A stretch of DNA of 64,000 bases from Lingula anatina (lineage: Eukaryota; Animalia; Brachiopoda), in the NCBI GenBank assembly GCA_051362555.1, contig CM120640.1, positions 35,979,967-36,043,966 on the forward strand, in the 5' to 3' direction. A program made the translations under genes and the position numbers. The notes beneath the pieces are model-generated. The model was not told the DNA's origin, did no database searches, and saw only the letters and a program-made list of their open reading frames with translations. Below, one piece after another: positions 60,436 to 64,000 of the stretch (within the stretch, counting starts at the first letter, position 1; each line of letters opens with the position of its first letter).

Positions 60436-63400
60436 ATGGCCGCACTTGATGTTGTTTCACCCAGCACATTCAAAGCATTGCAAAATCTTGACATTGACTG
60501 TCTTGCTTACCTTAGTGAAAATGAACTGAGACCAATTTTGCCGTGTTTAGTGCGGATGTCACTATGCGCCCCCTCTGACAACGGTGAGAGATGGATGGAA
60601 AGCAAGAAGAGTTTACTTCGTATTTTGTCTGGGATCGAAGTCGTCAACAGCGTAGTGCAGTTGTTGTCAGTTGATTTCCACGAACTAGAAATAGATGCCA
60701 AAAAAGAGCAGCATTTAAGGTAATGTTTACAATGGAGTAAAAATACATTCATGCATACATGTTGACCCATTAGAGCCTGCGTCATCAAAACAAACGGCAG
60801 CCATACTGGAGGGAGACCGGAATCGTCTGCTGCGCATGAACAAGCCATGTCTGTAGTTCAGTTTACGTTTTCTGTATTTTCTTTGATATTTAACCTAGCA
60901 AAATGATGAATTACTGCAGGTTATTTGATCGAGAGAAGATAACTAACTTTACAAGCGTTCACAGACTGCCTGCAGTGGTAACAATCCATGGTGAAGGAAC
61001 TAAAACCGTAAACGGAGGAGAGACGGCGAGGTGGCTTTGAATCAAGACTCTTCGGAAAAGTAAAGGATCAAACTAATTTATTTTATAGCAAAGAATGAAG
61101 AGCCAGCTGTGCAGATTTTACCATAAAAGAAAAAACAGTAGAAAACCAAAGACTTTGGTGTGTACGTTTGGGGCGGACGTACACTGCACATATATTTAAG
61201 GTAGTGCCCCAAAAGTTTGCGTGGAGAGTGTGTTAATTTGTTAAAACGTGTGGAAATACCCAGGCAGGGTTTCGACTTTTATAATGAAGACTTGCCTATT
61301 GCCTTGGGTGTAATTTGTCATCAGTTACGGTGCTCTCTAGATTTTATCGGCTGTCACCTACCTCTTTAATACCTGGTTAGCAATATTGCCAATTAGTGTC
61401 AAGGCTATATTTGTACTGTACACGGCTGAGCTGGGCCAATTAAATCAGTTACCTGTATGAAGTGTATTTGGAAGTTAGTGGCTTAATTTTGGATTTGGTG
61501 TAGTGATAAGAGTGATTTTATTTTGCAAGTAAATTCTACCTCAGGTGTAATTGATATATAACCTCATGAAACGAATTTGCACTTTCCTCCGTAAAAATGT
61601 TAAATTCTGCTCCTTTCAACTGTAATGTTGTAAGTTACAATATGAATAAAAATCACTATTGTTATCTTTCTATTAATTTACATTTAGGAAATTGATCAGG
61701 CATTTCCCACCAAGCCACTGATTGGGTGCAAGTAAATGATATATAGATATAGATATATATATATATAAAAAAAAAAAAAAAAAAAACGGAACATTTTGAT
61801 GACAGGTACAAAAGGCAGCTATATGACACACAAAGTAGAAGCAGCAAAAAATATTCCTAGATCTTTGAGACCAGCTGAGGAGACAGGATCTGAACATCAG
61901 GAGAGTGAAATCCAGTGCATGACAAGAGTTATTTAATTGCAACGACACTCAGAACTCAGCATTTCATGTTCACTTTTATTCATACAAAATGTGTACTTTT
62001 CCTATATGTTTAAGCAAATGGTTGCAGAAATGAAGATCACTTCATGAACTGAATTATTGTTATTTTACATTGGACATCATAAATACATAAGTGTGAAAAA
62101 TGCCTTGCTTCTGTGAATGACTGAATAATAATAAAATCCTAACAATGTTGCTTATATGAATGGTTGCATTCATGGTGAATATTAAACTCTTTCAAACATT
62201 AGTCTTATTACATGTACTTTCTAATGAACCAATATGAAGTACAAGAATGCTGAAATAATTTCTGACAGCTTCACGATGTAGAGATAAGTCATAACTGACG
62301 GCAATATTTCATGTCATAAGACAATCCTGCATACATTCTTCCTTGAGTCCACAAGGGTTTATCCTGATGATCAGCTCAAATTTCTCCTTATATCTATCCT
62401 TTATGAAAAAAGTTGCTTCTATGTAAGGTTAAACTTATGATTACACATGAACCTCTCTCAAACTATAACTGTTATTACCCAATGAACAAAAAAAATGAAG
62501 TACAAGATAACTTAACTATCTTCTGACAACAAGATGTTGGATAAGTAGCATTTGGTAGGGTTTCACGTTTTTAGACTGTCTTGAGTTCATATTGGTCGAT
62601 CCTGCTGATCAGCTGAAGCTTTAGCTTGTATATATCCTTTTCCCTTTGGTGCCCTTGATCGCCATATGAAGTTTATTTTATTTTATTTGATTCACCTACA
62701 TTACCGCTACTATTCCCCGTCGTTCATTCCCTCCAGCATGGCCGCGGGACTAGTGTTACGGAGCAAATATGACGTCACTGTAATGGGTTAGTACAACACC
62801 CACATACTACATTTATATGAACATCCAAATTAACTTTTGGGTGATCCAGCTTTTCCATTTTAATTCTTGTCTATGCTGTTCTCCATTTTAGACATGGCAT
62901 GATGGTGTTTGGTATTACACAACCAGCACAATGTCAATGTCTTGTGTTTTATTCTAATTTTGAATACATTTTAAAATTTCTTCAATTTCTGTTCAGGACC
63001 AAAGCTGGGAGTAGCCAGAGTGAGAGCATGCTGATTTCACAACTCCAGAATAGTTTGTCCCTTGAGTTTGAGCGTGCTGATGCGCCAAGGAGGTTACGTC
63101 TTGTGTTAAGTGAACTTCTATTTGTAGTGTCACAGGTATGTATAGAATATTATATTTGAATATTAAGATTTGGTTTGAGAGGGTGATGTATTGTTATTTA
63201 TGGCTTGTCAATACTGCACAGTAGTACAGTACAGTTTTATGTATAAATGGAGGTCTTAATGTCTTTCTATTATATATTTTAATGCTATATTTTATATTCC
63301 TCTTCCAAACACAATATATATTTTTTCAGATGAGAGAAACTAGAACTGAGTTCTACCATAAACCATCTGAGTTATTTGAATGTGATGTTTATTTAGAAGA

Positions 63401-63777
63401 AGTTGCAGATGTGATTTGCATTGCCCAAGCAGGTAAATTGTTTCATCATAAAGAACATAGATGAATACCAATTACAGTACCATTATATTGTCAGTAACCT
63501 TGGGAAAATGGAAGAGCAGTCCCATCATCATAACTTTAAGCAATCTGAAATCCTGAAATGAAAACAACACTTTTTAGGTATTGGTTTTATAGAATTTTTT
63601 CACTACCATATTATCACAGTTAACAGGTTTATATTTTTTATGATTTTTTTTTTCACTTTTCAGAATTACCGAGACTTCTTCCAGTGACAGAGGTTGCAGA
63701 GGCCATGCTTCATGTTAAAAATGGACACTTGATATTATGCAGACTGGTAGCTAATTTACCAGAATCCTTTTCGGAAG
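60436..63777 (+). CDS. INTS2: Integrator complex subunit 2, 5' exons (gene continues beyond the window)
   Basis: Exons 60436-60719, 62997-63135, 63330-63432, 63664-63777 give ELRPILPCLVRMSLCAP, VNSVVQLLSVDFH, LEFERADAPRRLRLVLSELL, YLEEVADVICIAQAELP, LVANLPESFSE, matching the INTS2 N-terminus as I recall it. Confidence 0.93.
60764..62792. mobile_element. Possible old DNA-transposon remnant filling INTS2 intron 1
   Basis: Imperfect inverted ends: left ACCCATTAGAGCCTGCGTCAT...GCAGCCATACTGGAGGGA versus reverse complement of right ACCCATTACAGTGACGTCAT...GCGGCCATGCTGGAGGGA. Confidence 0.45.
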
Positions 63778-64000
63778 GTAAAGAGATTTTCTCATCTAAA
63801 ATGTGAAGTTAATTTGTCAAAAAATGACAGTGATAAAAATGCTGTTGTCTTCATCATGTTAAGCTAAATGTTTGTAGTATAGCAAGGGTAGCAAACCCCA
63901 TTCGTAAACAAAATACATTGCATCAGAATATGAATCTTGTTTTAATGTTGTAACTCTAGTAATGCTGTAATCAGTTCAGTGTTACAGCAATGAGGTCAGC

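Noticed and set aside
61268-61330. Minus-strand CTGATGA...GAAAC as another hammerhead
   Set aside because: No convincing stems I-III or cleavage triplet.

Overview
AT-rich, intron-rich animal (invertebrate-like) genomic DNA; the ORF track mostly shows exon fragments. Splicing GT-AG exons by hand gives seven genes. These are (1) a head-to-head pair of paralogous TIR + Cbl-like EF-hand + HEAT-repeat genes (4115-9359 minus; 10586-13780 plus), (2) two intact tandem SVOP-like MFS transporter genes (minus), (3) an SLC6 glycine/proline-type transporter (plus) with a near-intact antisense LINE in intron 2, and (4) MED31 and the 5' part of INTS2 sharing a ~255-bp bidirectional promoter. Introns carry several non-autonomous DNA transposons (a TTAA/Kolobok-like element with a subterminal array, a 647-bp element with ~77-bp TIRs and an 8-bp TSD, two MITE families including a nested self-insertion) and an inverted pair of decayed Penelope-type hammerhead ribozyme motifs. 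The most interesting candidate system is the divergently transcribed, asymmetric TIR-HEAT pair. One partner is predicted to be myristoylated with a canonical TIR, the other has a shortened BB-loop region, and both keep the Glu at the TIR NADase catalytic position. All calls were made by eye, with no database searches.
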